Source of the DNA: Eledone cirrhosa
Taxonomy: Eukaryota
Direction: 5' to 3'
Assembly: GCA_964016885.1 (NCBI GenBank)
Contig: OZ024741.1
Span: 15,748,001 to 15,812,000 of the forward strand
DNA: 64,000 nucleotides
Position numbers and translations under genes: made by a program
Notes under the pieces: generated by a model
What the model saw: the letters and a program-made list of their open reading frames with translations, nothing else
The model's database searches: none
Told to the model about the DNA's origin: nothing
In this document: one piece after another, positions 62,736-64,000 of the stretch
How positions within the stretch are numbered: position 1 is the stretch's first letter
Layout of the letters: each line of letters begins with the position of its first letter

Positions 62736-64000
62736 TATTTCTTTTATTTGCCACTAGGGCATCAAAAGTGGGACAAGTACAAAGGGGGGAGTTTACACAA
62801 AAAGGCGTCCTCAATAAGGAGGAGGCAATAACAAAATATAAAAATAAAATAAGATATAACAAAAAATAAATTTTTAACAAAATCCTCAATAGAGAGGAGG
62901 CGCCTTGGGGGGTCGCACACACCCCCGAAAAAGGTGTGCAACCCTTCTCCTCAGGAGCACAGAGAAGGGGTGCTCCCTTGGTCTTTCATCTTCCTCACCT
63001 ATAGTCTGATGTAGAGTGAAGGCCCATTCACACGGGCCATTCTCGCCACTTTCACCCATCTTTCATAGAAACGGCTGGGGTGCAGCACCTCTCTCTCCAT
63101 CCTGATCCTTCTTCCGAAATGATATCGGAAGAAACGGACCAGTTGTTGGCCAGAGAGAAAGGTGCCCGACCTCAGTCCTTTCAGACGCGTCCACCATACA
63201 ACCTCTTTCGCCATGGCTATTACGCACAGAAACACCGCCTCTGCTTCATCTTTGAAGGGGGGAGGCGGCTTGATCATTACAATAGACTCGGTGGTCAACC
63301 GGATCGGTCCCACCCTTGACAGCAGTTGTTCGACATAGCCCCACAGATCGGCTACGCCCGAGCAGTGTACTAATGCGTGTGCAACGGTTTCCTCGTCGCA
63401 CACGTATCTGGGACAGATCTTTTTGGCGGGGTCCCTACCCGGGCGCCCGTGTCTGTAGAGCCTTTCTCGAACGGGTAAAGCCCCTCGGTAGCACTGCCAG
63501 GCCAGGGACTTCTGGAAGTTGTCCATAGGTCCCGGGCTGAATGTCCTACCGAACAGGCTGGCCAGTTCGTCCTCCTCCATGTCTAGGGCTTCTCCGAGGG
63601 CGTCGTCGCACCTGCTGCGCACCAGCCCTCTATAGAATGTTGCGGTGGAGTCTCCACTGATAACCGGATCCGCCTGCCAGAGGGCGGTGAGCGCCTGGGC
63701 ACACTCAGTGTGCCAGGCGCCCAGTTTTCTCGGTCTTTGCTTGACCCAGGATTGCAGCTCGGTGAGTGAGACGAGTCTGGGAAAGGTTCGTCTCACAAAC
63801 GAGGCCCACACCGGTTGTCCGGTGAGGAATACGTAGAGGTGCCGTAGCCTTAATGCGTGTTTACGCATCATTAGCCACGGCATCCCCAGCCCTCCTTTCG
63901 AAGGGTGTTGACAGCAGATGGATCTCCTCACCATAGGAGCCCGCCTCTTCCAAAGGAATTGGAAGAGCGCGCGCTCCATCTTGGTGAGCGTTTCCCTTGG
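62735..64000 (-). mobile_element. Tx1-like L1-clade retrotransposon ORF2 C-terminus and 3' UTR (continues beyond the window); 3' end abuts (TCTA)n
   Basis: FLW...KGGLGMP post-RT motif, LAW...ALPVRERL and a degenerate knuckle CPRYVCDEETVAHALVHC; open frame from 64000 to 62999. Confidence 0.9.

Overview
This is repeat-dominated eukaryotic nuclear DNA, not a prokaryotic window. The SINE and microsatellite repertoire suggests a cephalopod such as Octopus; that is an inference. About 35 kb is triplet-built tandem arrays (1-3.3, 15.1-38.6, 45.8-49.4 and 52.5-56.7 kb), and most supplied ORFs are repeat artefacts. The main features are: (i) a 10-kb head-to-tail cluster (4.4-14.3 kb) of two R4/Dong-like non-LTR retrotransposon families with a restriction-like endonuclease (RLE). 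Their pieces are separated by (CATA)n tracts and interleaved with five 3'-truncated copies of a highly structured putative 5' leader. (ii) Three tandem Tx1-like L1 3' ends at 61.8-64 kb, each abutting a different microsatellite. (iii) Several short, mostly (TA)n-associated, Penelope-like terminal fragments carrying type I hammerhead ribozyme motifs and fold-back arms; one family shows flip/flop loop isomers. (iv) tRNA-derived SINEs. (v) Candidate plus-strand host exons, including a mucin-like Thr-rich repeat exon ending in RTKR followed by GTAAGT. Coordinates were counted by hand and element boundaries are approximate. No folding program or database search was run.
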